Notes under the pieces: generated by a model
The model's input: the letters and a program-made list of their open reading frames with translations, nothing else
Databases searched by the model: none
Told to the model about the DNA's origin: nothing
Made by a program: the position numbers and the translations under genes
Part shown: in pieces, positions 27,495 through 36,312 of the stretch
Position numbering within the stretch: position 1 is the first letter of the stretch
Layout of the letters: each line of letters opens with the position of its first letter
Assembly: GCA_049297675.1 (NCBI GenBank)
Contig: JBAQUS010000015.1
Span: 1,414 to 65,413, forward strand
From: Minisyncoccia bacterium
Lineage (GTDB): Bacteria > Patescibacteriota > Minisyncoccia > Phycocordibacterales > DATDWN01
Length of the DNA: 64,000 bases
Reading direction: 5' to 3'

Positions 27495-28247
27495 ATGTCC
27501 GAATATCACAACGCACAAAGAACACGAGGAATGTACGACTCAAAGTCGGAGGAGCCATTCAAACTATCTCGGTCCAAAATAGATCTCTTTTTGCAGTGTC
27601 CTCGTTGTTTCTACTACGACAGAAAGTTAGGTGTAGGTCGCCCTCCAGGATTCCCATTTGCTATCAACTCAGCAGTGGACCACTTACTAAAGCAGGAATT
27701 CGATATCCACCGTGCAAATGGAACTAAACATCCACTGATTGAAAAATACAATGTTGACGCTAAACCAATCGCACACGAGGATTTGGATAAGTGGCGTCAC
27801 AACTTCACAGGTATTCAGTACCTGCACGAATTAACCAACCTACTCATAACAGGAGCAATAGACGATCTTTGGCAGAATTCAAAAGGAGAATACATAATTG
27901 TTGATTATAAAGCCACGTCAAAAGACGAAGAAATAACGGAACTAAACAAAGACTGGCAGAAGGGCTACAAGCGACAGATGGAAATTTACCAATGGCTACT
28001 ACGTCAGAACGGCTACAAAGTATCTAACACTGGCTACTTCGTATATTGCAATGGCAAAACAGATAGAGAAGTCTTTGATGCAAAAATAGAATTCGACATT
28101 ACACTTATCCCATACGAAGGAGATGATTCATGGGTAGAGAAAACTATCATCCAAGCTCATAAGTGTCTCTGTGGTGACAAGATACCTGATGCTGACTCAG
28201 AATGTGATTATTGTAGCTATGTGACAGCTCTCTCAAAATATAAATAA
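27495..28247 (+). CDS. Cas4-like / RecB-family PD-(D/E)xK nuclease with Fe-S cluster cysteines
   Basis: N-terminal 'CPRCFYY'. 'D...IIVDYKATS'. C-terminal 'CLCGD...CDYCSY' gives a Cas4-type 4-Cys arrangement. Confidence 0.6.
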   Translation: MSEYHNAQRTRGMYDSKSEEPFKLSRSKIDLFLQCPRCFYYDRKLGVGRPPGFPFAINSAVDHLLKQEFDIHRANGTKHPLIEKYNVDAKPIAHEDLDKWRHNFTGIQYLHELTNLLITGAIDDLWQNSKGEYIIVDYKATSKDEEITELNKDWQKGYKRQMEIYQWLLRQNGYKVSNTGYFVYCNGKTDREVFDAKIEFDITLIPYEGDDSWVEKTIIQAHKCLCGDKIPDADSECDYCSYVTALSKYK

Positions 28248-28351
28248 CTGGAAGAAAATTCACAAGCACAACTTGATTCTTTTCCCGAGATCTCCGAAGA
28301 GCCATTTTTGTAACTAGAAAAATCTACTGAATTCGTATAAAACTACTGCTT

Positions 28352-28903
28352 TCAGCTATTCATGGCCTTCTTGAGCTTCTCTGCTTCCTCTAGTTCCTGG
28401 ATCAGCCCTAACTGAGCATATTGTCCCAGCCAGTGCATAAATCGCTTACTGTACTGGCCTTTATAGAAGATACGATTCATGCTTTCCCGAATGGCCATAA
28501 GCTTTATAATTCGACTTTGTTTATAGAGAAATTGCCCGTGCTTGCTATGACGGTTTATCCTAGTTGAAGCATATTGAAGTCTGTGACACTTACGACAGGC
28601 AAATACTCCGTTACTGAGATATAGAGCGTTCGTCCTACTCCCACAACCACAAGTTAGGTATGAACGGGTCCCAAAAGTCAGTTCTTGCTCCGATAATTCA
28701 AAACGTTGTGATTCTAGGGCAAAAGTAACAACAAGATACGCTTTTTCGTCTTCATGTTCTATGTAGTAGTCAGCAACGGACGGTTTGTTGTTATGTACTA
28801 TATTCAAATATCCTTCCACAGATTCCTTCTTGCGGGTTTTACGGAGATCTTTTTTGAGTAAATGTGTAGTCAGTGCAAACGAATTTTCTATCAATGCTCC
28901 CAT
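28352..28903 (-). CDS. hypothetical protein with a CxC...CxxC zinc ribbon
   Basis: 183 aa. 'TCGCGS...CRKCH'. Confidence 0.45.
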   Translation of the reverse strand: MGALIENSFALTTHLLKKDLRKTRKKESVEGYLNIVHNNKPSVADYYIEHEDEKAYLVVTFALESQRFELSEQELTFGTRSYLTCGCGSRTNALYLSNGVFACRKCHRLQYASTRINRHSKHGQFLYKQSRIIKLMAIRESMNRIFYKGQYSKRFMHWLGQYAQLGLIQELEEAEKLKKAMNS

Positions 28904-28929
28904 TACTACATTTTACTATAGTACTACAA

Positions 28930-29088
28930 TTACCCTTCCGTATTTATTGTGAGAGCTTTGTACCAACAATAAAGGAAAGCTATATAAAAAATCCATTCAA
29001 TTCCATCTCCACCGCCAACTCGATCTCTAACTGCAATTCCGCCTAGAACCAATATTATACCGAGAATAAATAAGACTGTTGATGACAT
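28930..29088 (-). CDS. possible small hydrophobic membrane protein (52 aa), not in the ORF track
   Basis: Manual translation of the minus strand: MSSTVLFILGIILVLGGIAVRDRVGGGDGIEWIFYIAFLYCWYKALTINTEG. It starts 12 nt after the stop of the upstream gene. Confidence 0.3.
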   Translation of the reverse strand: MSSTVLFILGIILVLGGIAVRDRVGGGDGIEWIFYIAFLYCWYKALTINTEG

Positions 29089-29099
29089 ATTTTTTTATA

Positions 29100-29939
29100 T
29101 TAAAACCAAAACCACGATTTAATTTTTGACCATAGGCTTTTAGGTTGAACTTGGGTTATAGGAACAGAGGAGGTAGCTGCTAGATTGTCTTCTGGAGGAA
29201 CTACATTTGATATTTCAGGATCATTTTTAACAGAAAGATTTTCTTTTACCTCTACTTCTTTCTTGATTACAGGAGCCACTACTTTCACCTGCTCTTTCTG
29301 TCTTGCTTCAACCGCATTTTGCCAAGTGGTGTAACACTCCTCCTCTGACATGACTCCAAAATATGTCATTTTCGAGAACACAGGTTTATTACACGCCACG
29401 TTTCCAGACTTATTACCGTTCGGAATTTCCTGTGTTTGTACTTTCGGTACAATTGCTGGGGGAGACACACCAACTTTTTGCGGCTTCCCAATACAACTGG
29501 TCCTATCGCTATTCCATTGATAGTTGGACGGACAATCACAAGTCAAACCGCCGTTAGAGTTATTCTGCCCCGCATATTTACTGTTAGGAAAAGAAAGATT
29601 ACATGACTGATCGTAGGTGTAACAATTATCTCCCTTTTGAACATAACCACTCTGACAAGTAACTGGATGGTTAGTACGAACGTTACTAGGATAACGAGCT
29701 TCTAGTTGTTGTTGTAATAGTTGTTGTTGAAGTTTTTGCTGTTGAAGAAATATTGCTTGCAGTTGAGTTTGTCTCTGTAACTCATCAATTCTGGCACCAG
29801 GTTCTGGGACAATTTCTATCTGTAATGGATTAAGTACGGAACCTGGATAAATGGTTCCATAGGCATGAACGAAAGCAATAGGAACAAACACTATCAAAAG
29901 AAATAACACAAAGAAACTCTTTGGAGTTTTATATTTCAT
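29100..29939 (-). CDS. secreted Cys-rich, Gln-rich hypothetical protein
   Basis: Signal peptide from the internal Met (MKYKTPKSFFVLFLLIVFVPIAFVHA). A QQQKLQQQLLQQQ tract. 12+ Cys residues. Confidence 0.5.
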   Translation of the reverse strand: MKYKTPKSFFVLFLLIVFVPIAFVHAYGTIYPGSVLNPLQIEIVPEPGARIDELQRQTQLQAIFLQQQKLQQQLLQQQLEARYPSNVRTNHPVTCQSGYVQKGDNCYTYDQSCNLSFPNSKYAGQNNSNGGLTCDCPSNYQWNSDRTSCIGKPQKVGVSPPAIVPKVQTQEIPNGNKSGNVACNKPVFSKMTYFGVMSEEECYTTWQNAVEARQKEQVKVVAPVIKKEVEVKENLSVKNDPEISNVVPPEDNLAATSSVPITQVQPKSLWSKIKSWFWF

Positions 29940-30452
29940 GTTTCGCGTGGGTTTTAACCTGATAATAAGTCTCGTGTACCAAAAATGGCCACACAAGACC
30001 AGCGATAACTTCTTTCGAAATTACCCCATATCCTTTCGGATATGGACCCACGCGAGTAAGTGCGGCTTATGTGGCCGTTTTTAATCGCGTGGGATTTCTT
30101 ATGATCCATGCTAGAAACTGCTTATCAGCTTCTAGTTTAGGTATGTACAGATATAATACACCTTGAAACAGATATCGTAAATCACCGAAAAAGCCTTAGA
30201 ATTTTTAGAAATTTTTTAATCATTTCATTTTTCAAATCCAAAACTTTTCCAATACAACCCTCCAGATCTAGGAGGTTACGTTTCCTCCACAAGCCACATA
30301 TTCTGGGTCCTGTGATCCCGACCACTGCCCGGGTACTCATCCAGATACATCCAGTAACAAACATTAGCACTATATAGGTAGCAGAATAATTTAATAACTT
30401 CTGCCAAGCACGAGCTAGTCTCTCGTGTTTTTATTTTATTCACAAACTAAAC

Positions 30453-30764
30453 ATGAAACATATCAAGGAGATCGTAACTAACCCAGTCATATCGCCCTAT
30501 CGTGGCTCTGAAGCTACATATGAGATGGTACGTGAGCAACTGCGTGAGAAATATGGTGATGAGTGTGCAGATGAGTTTAACCCGCATACTGACGCAATGC
30601 CCTTCGTATCATGGGCTTCTTTCGGTTATCGAATTAAACCCCAAGAACGTGCATTCAAATCGGTAACATACGTGGAAGTCAAAAATGACAAAGGTGAGGT
30701 TGAGAGAAAAATCCGTCGTGTCGTCAATCTCTTCCACAAAAACCAAGTAACGAAAGTCAGGTGA
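30453..30764 (+). CDS. hypothetical protein (element-associated)
   Basis: 103-aa ORF. Confidence 0.4.
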   Translation: MKHIKEIVTNPVISPYRGSEATYEMVREQLREKYGDECADEFNPHTDAMPFVSWASFGYRIKPQERAFKSVTYVEVKNDKGEVERKIRRVVNLFHKNQVTKVR

Positions 30765-30789
30765 TTTATTCAACTAAATAACTAACATT

Positions 30790-31359
30790 ATGAACACAAC
30801 ATATAAACAACACATAGTCTCACCATTCCAAGTGAAGAAAAAAACTTACGATATAAGTGGCAAGGATCACCCAGTCCAAGAGGAAATCAGAAAGAACCTT
30901 GGCGAACTTCACTTAACAGCTGTGTTTGAAGAAGACACACAGACATTACAGGCATTCAGACATGTGAGTGGTGTCATAGCTTTTCTTTGTACACTGAAGA
31001 AGGATGATCAGATTATAGGATTTGGCAGAGGTGTGTCTGTCGTTACCAAGCTCAATCGGTATGTAGAGAGAACTGTTAGCTTTGCTCAAAACTCAGCTTT
31101 GATTGATTCTGTGGTAAGAGCAACCAAGATGCTTGATGCCTTGCATTTGAGCTCAAGTGGGCAACAAAACACTGTCATAACCAAAGACAATGAAGACTTC
31201 TCTCCCATAACAACTAAGCAGAAGAACTATTTGCTGAAATTACTTCAAACGACAAACATTATTAACCAGAACAGCCGTGATCAAATGGAAGACGAGATTG
31301 ACGGAATGAGCAAGGAGGAAGCGGCAGAGAAAATCAGTTTTCTCATAGAGTCGAGATAG
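30790..31359 (+). CDS. hypothetical protein (element-associated)
   Basis: 189-aa ORF. Confidence 0.4.
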   Translation: MNTTYKQHIVSPFQVKKKTYDISGKDHPVQEEIRKNLGELHLTAVFEEDTQTLQAFRHVSGVIAFLCTLKKDDQIIGFGRGVSVVTKLNRYVERTVSFAQNSALIDSVVRATKMLDALHLSSSGQQNTVITKDNEDFSPITTKQKNYLLKLLQTTNIINQNSRDQMEDEIDGMSKEEAAEKISFLIESR

Positions 31360-31382
31360 ATTACTAAAAATAATACAAAAAC

Positions 31383-31625
31383 ATGATTAACACAGTAGCA
31401 ATCGGTGAGTACGAAAGCCCAAAAGGAAACTATGGCTATCCTTTAGACTATGTGGGAGAGGAGAAAATGATAGACGAACGTCAGAGACTTATCCTAACAA
31501 ATCTCATATTTGAAAAGATACATGACGAGGGCGAGAGAGAATCTTGGCTATCTCAAGTGAGTTGTATGACGTCTGATGATGCAGAGAGTGCAATCTTTTC
31601 ATTCCTGACTTCACAGTGGCAGTAA
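31383..31625 (+). CDS. hypothetical small protein
   Basis: 80-aa ORF with a terminator downstream. Confidence 0.4.
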   Translation: MINTVAIGEYESPKGNYGYPLDYVGEEKMIDERQRLILTNLIFEKIHDEGERESWLSQVSCMTSDDAESAIFSFLTSQWQ

Positions 31626-31636
31626 TAGATACACAA

Positions 31637-31667
31637 GAAGCGTATTCCTCGGAGTACGCTTTTTTTG
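31637..31667 (+). terminator. rho-independent terminator (aagcgtattcctcggagtacgct + T7)
   Basis: Long stem followed by 7 T. Confidence 0.65.
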
Positions 31668-32113
31668 TGATATTTCTTTTCTATCCCGTAATTCAACATA
31701 ATTATCAAGAGAACTCCATTTACAATTTATATTTTTTGTTATCTGGTGGTGTAATTATCCCCAAACCACTTGTTTTAAAACTTTTTCCATGCCTATTGTA
31801 AGCTCTTTTTTACATTCTACGTTCAAGAATAAGGATTTTTTATAAATACAAATCTATGGAACTAATCAGATAGTGCTAAAAATAGGCCTAAGAATATGAG
31901 AATCAAATAATTGGTACTGGAATAAGCTAAGTACTAGGTTAGCTGATAGGTCTTTTTGATCAGATAACAAAATATGAAATAGAAAAAACAAAATTATAAG
32001 GGGGAATCTACTAGAAAAAGTCCGTTTATAGCTGTGCAAGGTCCCTATTCTAGTAGAACCTTCATAGCTCTAAGTGGATTTTTTATTTATCAAAATTAAA
32101 CACGAACACTATT

Positions 32114-34363
32114 ATGGAAAACATAAAAACGAATTTGGAATGGGCACTGTACTACCGAAGTATAGGATGGAGTCCATTTCCTGTAGTAAAAGGCGGAAAG
32201 GTACCGTCGATCGAATGGAAAAAATATCAAAATGAAATTGCGTCTGAGGAAGAAATTAACAACTGGTGGAAACAAAATCCTGAAGCAAACATAGGCATAG
32301 CAACAGGGCTGGTATCGGGTGTAATTGTTCTTGATATAGATTCAAAGCACAATAGAACGTCAAAGGAATTTCAAATTCCTCCTACCATTTGTGCTAAAAC
32401 GGGAGGACTTGGCGAACACATCCTATTTAAACACCCAGGCGGACATGTAAAAAGCACAAACGGTCAACTTTTCGGTTCCGGAGTTGATTTAAAGGCAGAC
32501 GGTGGGTATGTCGTACTCACTCCCTCATTGCACGAAAGTGGTAATCGATATGAGTGGATTATTGGACCTGATGAGACAGAACTAGCAGAGGTTCCTATAT
32601 GGCTACGCGCCGCTTTAGAGGGGCAGGATAAAAATGCAGATGCAAAACTCTGGCAAAAAGGAGCAAGCGGAGTCTCAGAAGGTAATAGGAATGAAACTGC
32701 TGCATCAGTCGCTGGTAAACTCCGCAGCTCTCTTCCTAAGGAATTAGTAGAAGACGGATGGGAAAATCTGATTGCGTGGAATAAAAAGAATCCCGAGCCA
32801 TTACCCGAAGAAGAACTTAAAAGAGTTTGGGATAGTGTCAAAAAATATGATTCAGAGGAAGAGGCACCAGCAAAAGAGTCACCCGCAACCAAATTGTTGA
32901 AACTTATTCGGGAAAGGAAGGATGTAACAATTTTTCGTGACTTTCACGGTGATGCTTTTATTGCACTTGAAATAGAAGGAGTACGTCAAGTATGGTCCTG
33001 TAAAAGTGATCAGTTCCAACATTGGCTTTCACTCTTATACTTTCATACTTACAAGACTGTCCTACCGTCAGATGCGAAAACGGGTGTAGTAGGTACTATC
33101 AAGGGTTTCGCGACGTTTGAAAAGGAGGTCATACATCTCCAGTCTAGAAACGCTTACTTTGGCGATGAGCTTTGGTACGACATGACAAATGATAAGTGGC
33201 AGGCAATCAAAGTGACTCAAGCAGGATGGGAGTTAGTGGATAAGCCACCTATACTATTTCGTCGTTATTCTCACAACAAAGCGCAAGTAATGCCTCTCGC
33301 GGGAGGTGATGCGAGGTTACTTCTAAAATACTTCAACATTTCTGACCCACAGCAACAACTTCTTATACTCATTCACATCATCTCTGCCTTTATTCCGGGG
33401 TTCGCACATCCAATATTAGTAATAAACGGTCCTCAAGGATCAGCAAAATCAACTTTTTCTCGTATTTTACGTCTCATAATTGATCCATCCATTATGGAAG
33501 TTGCTTCCATGCCAGATACTCATAGGGAGCTGGTCCAGACACTAGCGCACAACTCATTTATCTTTTTTGATAATGTTTCGTGGATTTCAGAGACCGTCTC
33601 AGATATTTTATGTAAAGCTGTAACCGGAAGTAGTTTTCCAAAAAGAGAACTCTACAGCGATGATGACGATGTTATCTACACTTTTATGAGAACTATCGGC
33701 ATTAACGGTATCAGTATGTTCCTGGCTAGACCTGATCTTTTGGAACGAAGTATTATCCTAAAACTCGATAGGATTGATTCTAAAAATAGAAAACTAGAAA
33801 AAAGTCTTATGACAGAATTTGAACATGATTTACCAAGTATACTCGGAGGCATTTTCGATGTATTGGTAAAAACACTCGCACTTAAACCTACTATAGAGCA
33901 GGAAAATCTCCCCCGCATGGCAGATTTTGCTTTGTGGGGATGTGCAGTAGCAGAAGCTTTAGGTGTAACACAGAAAGAGTTTATGGATTCGTACAATACA
34001 AATATTGCTCTCCAGACCGACATCGTAATTAACGAAAATCTTATTGCTTCTACTATCATTTCGTTCATGCAAGACCAAGAAAGGGATGAATGGGTTGGAA
34101 CTGCTACTGGTCTACTTCACAGCTTAGGAGAATTCGCGAAGAGTCATTCTGTTGATGTTCACGATAAGCAGTGGCCAAAAGCACACAATGTATTATCCCG
34201 TAGGTTAAATGAACTCAAAATCAACTTTTTGGAAGCTGGATGGGACATCTCGATTGACGGAGGTCAAGTGCGAAAAATCACTATTCGCTGGATTGGAAAG
34301 AAGCCGAATGTTCCAATTCCAAACACTTTAACAAGGTCAGAAGAAGATTTTAAAAATTTCTAA
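32114..34363 (+). CDS. bifunctional primase-polymerase (Prim-Pol N-domain) with a C-terminal P4-type primase/helicase-like P-loop domain
   Basis: 'GWSPFPVVKGGKVPSIEWKKYQ...ANIGIATGLVSGVIVLDIDS' is the Prim-Pol motif. 'VINGPQGSAKSTFSRIL' is the Walker A. Confidence 0.7.
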   Translation: MENIKTNLEWALYYRSIGWSPFPVVKGGKVPSIEWKKYQNEIASEEEINNWWKQNPEANIGIATGLVSGVIVLDIDSKHNRTSKEFQIPPTICAKTGGLGEHILFKHPGGHVKSTNGQLFGSGVDLKADGGYVVLTPSLHESGNRYEWIIGPDETELAEVPIWLRAALEGQDKNADAKLWQKGASGVSEGNRNETAASVAGKLRSSLPKELVEDGWENLIAWNKKNPEPLPEEELKRVWDSVKKYDSEEEAPAKESPATKLLKLIRERKDVTIFRDFHGDAFIALEIEGVRQVWSCKSDQFQHWLSLLYFHTYKTVLPSDAKTGVVGTIKGFATFEKEVIHLQSRNAYFGDELWYDMTNDKWQAIKVTQAGWELVDKPPILFRRYSHNKAQVMPLAGGDARLLLKYFNISDPQQQLLILIHIISAFIPGFAHPILVINGPQGSAKSTFSRILRLIIDPSIMEVASMPDTHRELVQTLAHNSFIFFDNVSWISETVSDILCKAVTGSSFPKRELYSDDDDVIYTFMRTIGINGISMFLARPDLLERSIILKLDRIDSKNRKLEKSLMTEFEHDLPSILGGIFDVLVKTLALKPTIEQENLPRMADFALWGCAVAEALGVTQKEFMDSYNTNIALQTDIVINENLIASTIISFMQDQERDEWVGTATGLLHSLGEFAKSHSVDVHDKQWPKAHNVLSRRLNELKINFLEAGWDISIDGGQVRKITIRWIGKKPNVPIPNTLTRSEEDFKNF

Positions 34364-34369
34364 AACAAT

Positions 34370-34639
34370 ATGAAAGAAGAAAATAAAAACTATATGGACG
34401 GTTCGGATAGAGGAGTGTTGCACGTCCTTTGTGTTGACACAATGGATATCAAAGCAAGGGTGACTTTTAACTCAGAGGTGGTCCAAGGAGTTTATGTGAC
34501 CTACTGGGCAGAAGATACTGAAGTTGCCGAAAAACAATTAGATAAAATCTTTAGCATTTTTTTTGAAGAAGTACTTAAAACTAGAGGTATGAATGAGAAC
34601 AGCAGGGAAAAAAGCCAAATTATTATCAATAATATATAA
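34370..34639 (+). CDS. hypothetical small protein
   Basis: 89-aa ORF tightly packed between the primase and the recombinase. Confidence 0.4.
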   Translation: MKEENKNYMDGSDRGVLHVLCVDTMDIKARVTFNSEVVQGVYVTYWAEDTEVAEKQLDKIFSIFFEEVLKTRGMNENSREKSQIIINNI

Positions 34640-34647
34640 TTAAAAAC

Positions 34648-36312
34648 ATGGAAGACAAACCACAAAAAGAAATCAAATTCATAGCGGTATACGCTCGAGT
34701 TTCAACTTCAAATCAGGAGGATCAAAAAACGATTGATGCCCAACTTTCAGAGGTAAGGGAATTTGCTGAAAAAAATAAATACATTATTGTCAAAACTTAC
34801 AAGGATGAGGGCTGGAGTGGGGATATTTTAGCTCGACCTGAGCTTGATCAGTTACGTCATGATGCACGAAGTAAAATGTGGGACGCTGTGCTTGTATATG
34901 ACCCCGATAGACTTGGTCGTCAGCTTCTTTTCCAACAAATAGTCATTGATGAATTAAAGAAACTAGAAATTGAAATTCTATTTGTAACTATGCCTCCAGT
35001 AAAAAATGCGAGTGACAAACTCTTGTTTGGTGTTCGTGGGTTATTTGCTGAATATGAAAAAGCAAAGATAACTGAACGTTTTAGAATTGGAAAAGTAAAT
35101 CGTGTGAAGAATGGTTACGTTTTAACCTCAGAAGCACCATATGGCTATACCTATGTTCTCAACAAAGGAAAACGTGGTAGTGCAGACTACATCGTTGGAC
35201 ATTACGAAATAAATGAACGTGAAGCTAAAATTATAAAACAAATATTTTCTTGGGTTGGCGATGAAGGGATGACACTCCGTGGTGTTGTCAGGAGATTACA
35301 AGGACTTGGTATTCAACCACGAAAAAGCAAAAGGGGTGTTTGGAATACAAGTACACTCAGCACACTTCTAAAACACGAGGTGTTTATCGGTACTGCATAT
35401 TGGGGAGTATCATACGCAGTCATTCCTGACAGACAATCTACTACAACTCGATATAAAAATACAGAAAAGACAAGTAGAAGGATAAGGCCAAAAAAAGAAT
35501 GGTATCCAATATCAGTTTCCGCTATTATAGAAAAAGATCTATTTGAACGTACTACACTTCGGCTACAGAAGAACTTTCAGACACTAGGCAGAAACACGGT
35601 AAATGAATATCTTTTGGCAGGTAGAATTTGGTGTGTTTGTGGTGGAAGAAGGGCTGGTGAAGGCGTACAGAAAGGTAAACATCTATATTATCGTTGTACT
35701 AATCGGGTTCACACATTTCCATTACCTCCTACATGTGCAGAAGGTAGTATTAACGCAAGGATTGCAGATGATATCGTATGGCAAAGGGTCAAGGAAACCC
35801 TGAGTTCACCAAAATTACTACGAGAACAAATTGAACGATGGCGCAAGGATGAAAATAGAAGCATCAAACAAGGAGTAACGATTGAGATCAATAGTACCAA
35901 GAGAGAAATTGCTAAATTACAAACTCAAGAAGATCGTTTCGCCAGCGCCTATTCAAAAGAGATTATTACTCTTGAAAAATTTGAAGAGTACGCAACTCCT
36001 ATTCGAACAAAAATCCGTGAACTTGAAAATCAGATATACCTAGCTGGTCTAGAAGAGACACCGAAAAATGATGTACCATTACCAAATGAAGATGAGGTTG
36101 AAGCTTTTGCTGAAGAATCCTTAAAAAAGCTCCAAAACTTGAATTTTCCGACAAAACAAGCCATTATTAGGCAGTCAATCGATAAAGTACTCGTTACTAC
36201 GAATGAATTACAAGTCTACGGTCTCATTAATCTAAATATAATCCATGTCGTCTTCCGCTCTGAGCATAGGTATTGTCGGTCTGCCGAACGTCGGGAAGTC
36301 GACGCTTTTTAA
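34648..36312 (+). CDS. large serine recombinase (integrase)
   Basis: Resolvase N-domain 'IAVYARVSTSNQ...DEGWSG...VLVYDPDRLGR', followed by the recombinase domain, a Cys-rich zinc ribbon (CVCGGRR...CTNRVH...C) and a coiled coil. The 3' end overlaps ychF by 68 nt. Confidence 0.8.
   Translation: MEDKPQKEIKFIAVYARVSTSNQEDQKTIDAQLSEVREFAEKNKYIIVKTYKDEGWSGDILARPELDQLRHDARSKMWDAVLVYDPDRLGRQLLFQQIVIDELKKLEIEILFVTMPPVKNASDKLLFGVRGLFAEYEKAKITERFRIGKVNRVKNGYVLTSEAPYGYTYVLNKGKRGSADYIVGHYEINEREAKIIKQIFSWVGDEGMTLRGVVRRLQGLGIQPRKSKRGVWNTSTLSTLLKHEVFIGTAYWGVSYAVIPDRQSTTTRYKNTEKTSRRIRPKKEWYPISVSAIIEKDLFERTTLRLQKNFQTLGRNTVNEYLLAGRIWCVCGGRRAGEGVQKGKHLYYRCTNRVHTFPLPPTCAEGSINARIADDIVWQRVKETLSSPKLLREQIERWRKDENRSIKQGVTIEINSTKREIAKLQTQEDRFASAYSKEIITLEKFEEYATPIRTKIRELENQIYLAGLEETPKNDVPLPNEDEVEAFAEESLKKLQNLNFPTKQAIIRQSIDKVLVTTNELQVYGLINLNIIHVVFRSEHRYCRSAERREVDAF

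Larger units (their letters stand above)
30000..36312 (+). mobile_element. putative integrative element (replication + integration module); may extend left to ~22.2 kb
   Basis: Contains a Prim-Pol/P4 primase, a large serine recombinase at the right edge that overlaps ychF, small hypothetical genes, repeat-rich left and central non-coding regions, and an adjacent methyltransferase/nuclease/helicase cargo. Confidence 0.4.

Noticed and set aside
30182-30370. 62-aa minus-strand ORF in the element's left non-coding region
   Set aside because: It has no RBS, a GTG/ATG ambiguity at the start, and lies in a repeat-rich and hairpin-rich region. I treat it as non-coding pending other evidence.
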